From Mantamonas sphyraenae STR306 (taxonomy: Eukaryota > Protista > CRuMs): a DNA stretch of 64,000 nt. Positions within the stretch are counted from its first letter, which is position 1, and every line of letters begins with the position of its first letter. The stretch covers positions 1 through 64,000 of the forward strand of contig JAPMXV010000037.1 in NCBI GenBank assembly GCA_026936335.1. Direction: 5' to 3'. Below the pieces are notes generated by a model. The model saw only the letters and a program-made list of their open reading frames with translations. It did not search any database and was not told the origin of the DNA. This document shows, piece by piece, positions 61,874-64,000 of this stretch. The translations under genes were made by a program, and so were the position numbers.

Positions 61874-62927
61874 GGTTGGTAAGCGGCTTCGGGATGAGAT
61901 GGGGCTTGTTGGGGTTGTTGTTGTCTCCAGTGGAGTGGGTGTTGGTTTCTGGGTTGGGGGTCGAAAGATGGCCCTTTTTTTTCGCAGTGTTGCGCAGAAA
62001 CGAGGTCGAATGGGGTCGAACGGGTAGGATTCAGATGTCACGCGAGGTTGCTAGAGATGCGTACGACGTCTGTTCTCTCTCTGGGGACAGCGGGTGGTGC
62101 TCAGACCAATCGGGAATCGATTTGGGGGGGTGCTTTTCGCAGGTGTGGGCGGATGGAAAGAGCGCAAGGGATGCGTTTTTTTCCGGGGCCAAGGTGCGGG
62201 TTTTCCTCCGACGAAATAGGCGCTTGAGCGTTTCAAATGCGTACTCCAATCGGAAAGCGTTGCTTGCTGGCTGTCTGTCGGGCGCACAAAGACGATCTCA
62301 CAATCAAGTGGCTTCGGTGTGCGGCTGCAGAAAGCGTGGGAACTACTGGATGCGTTTCTGCAAGAAACGGAAAAGATGCACACAGTGCACGCACGCACGT
62401 GTCAGTCCATTCTGCTCCGTCAAACACAGCCCACCTTCTTTGCTACTGTGCTATGCATGCTGCACGCGTGCGCATGTCTATGCTGCACCCTCCAAACGCC
62501 GTGCGCTGGCGTCTGCTCGCTCCATGTACGTACCTTTTTTTCGCGTTGCGAGGTTTGGTCGTGTTTCCTTTCGTACACAAAAACGGGTTGATGTTCTGAT
62601 AGGCGGCAAGCGGGGCTATGAGAACAGTTGTTGTGGTACGGTGTCAAAGAAAACTCAGAAACGGCAGTAGACGATTCTCGGTGTAGTTTGGTCTGGGTCG
62701 TCTCCGCTCGCGCATCCGCATCCGCACCCGTTTGATGGCCCAGTCACCGTCACTGCCGCACCATTCCAGACAAGACGATACCCTTGCTGTACACCTGCAA
62801 CTGCCAGCTCCGAAACGCCTCTCGTCCACCCGTCCTGCAACAAGGCCTCTCCGTTCCGAAAGCGCCCCCGCGTCCAGACCATCATCAGCAGCACACACTC
62901 CACACACTTTGTTCACACCCGTCTCGC

Positions 62928-64000
62928 ATGCTCGACACGGACGTCCTTCTGGACGTGGCCCTCACACTCTGTACCCAGGCCGTCTTCTTTGGCTTTGCTC
63001 TTTGGTTCTTTCGCCGGGTCCTCTTTAAAGATTACGAGGTACACTGCGCCATGGCCATCCTGTTCGCACACCACACTGCATTCCCACCATTTCAACGCCC
63101 GTTCTCTTCCCCTTTTCGCCCTTTGGTCTCTCCCCGCCCCTCACACATCCCCCGTAACCTTTCCCGCCTCCCCGGTTTCCCCAACACACACACATCTCAC
63201 AACAGGTCAACAATCCGCTCGTGCAATTCCTCTTTGCAATTGTGTTTTCTGTCTCTGTGGGCATGTTTGAGCTCATTATCTTTGAGATCCTCGGCATTTT
63301 CTCCTCGCAGTCAGTTACCTCGTCCACCACGCTGTGACGTGGCACCAACTCCCTCCACACCTTCCCCTTACCCGTGCATACCGTCGCCACCCGTGACCAC
63401 TGCTAACATCATCCACACACACCGCATACCACTCACTTAGGTCTCGCCAGCTCCTGTGGGACATCAACCTTGGGCTCATGCTCCTCCAAGTCCTCCTCCT
63501 CCTCCCGTTCTACATCTTCTTCCTCTTTCTCACCAGCAAGGGCTGGCGCAAGCGCACCTCTCTCCTCTGCTCCCTGCTGTTTGAAGCTTTCTTCCTCTAT
63601 CTCTTTGAAAAGGTGGCCGATCCCTTCCCCATCATGGCTGAGGAGCGCGCAGACTTTATGACGCGTGGCCTCGGCCGTGTAGGCGTCATCGGCGTCACCA
63701 CCATGGCTGTTCTCTCCGGGTACGGTGCAGTCACCTCTCCCTATCGCTATCTCTCCTATTTCCTGCGCGAAATCAAAGACGAGGACGTGCTCGCCATCCA
63801 GAACCGCATTGGCTACGCCGCTGACCGCATCTGCACAAAGAAGAAGCGCATGGTGGTAAGTTGGAGCAACAGGAAGCCATGTGGTCCCCATTCCTTCCCC
63901 CTCAAAGCTCACGTGTGGCCCCCCGTTTGCAGTTCCTCCGCCACCAGCTCTCTGAGCGCGGCTCCTCCGCCATGGGCAAGACGCAGAATTGGAGCGTGCG
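62928..64000 (+). CDS. GPR89: Golgi pH regulator GPR89/GPHR (GTG family), 5' part; runs off the window
   Basis: FFGFALWFFRRVLFKDYE, FELIIFEILG, GDPFP-like ADPFP and RVGVIGVTTMAVLSGYGAVTSPY. Several introns. Confidence 0.93.

Noticed and set aside
62675-62745. GGTGTAGTTTGGTC resembles a tRNA D-arm / A-box
   Set aside because: No T-arm (GTTCRA) or acceptor-stem pairing follows.

Overview
Left end of a eukaryotic chromosome: TTAGGG-type telomere at 1-141, then an ultra-compact, GC-rich, intron-containing gene array. The standard code is used (TAA, TAG and TGA all act as stops) and all introns I could model are GT-AG. The organism looks like a flagellated, mitochondriate unicellular eukaryote (inference from CCDC113, cytochrome c, GcvH and MTP18); I cannot name it. 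About 22 protein genes are supported. In order: a subtelomeric 4x-repeat nuclear protein, a Kelch-like + tandem PB1/ubiquitin-like protein, a TmcB/C-like protein fused to a TauE-like domain, AidB-like acyl-CoA dehydrogenase, GcvH, P4-ATPase, DNA-PKcs, PDCD5, a SAM methyltransferase, MTP18, ferlin, a Gly-rich membrane protein, CCDC113, PCIF1, TBP, actin, a PTP-like pseudophosphatase, cytochrome c, cytosolic Hsp70, a stathmin-like protein, an IRF/ETS/HSF-like winged-helix factor and GPR89 (partial). Main observations: (1) the PCIF1 Met-stop, the CCDC113 start codon and a splice donor share one octamer (ATGTGAGT), so splicing would fuse the two genes in frame; (2) an IRF/ETS-like DNA-binding domain and a 3-repeat stathmin, both regarded as mainly animal families, occur in a protist; (3) two novel multi-repeat subtelomeric proteins; (4) divergent start codons only 50-79 nt apart; (5) a strong C/G strand skew that is independent of gene orientation. 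All family assignments come from motif recognition by eye, not database searches.
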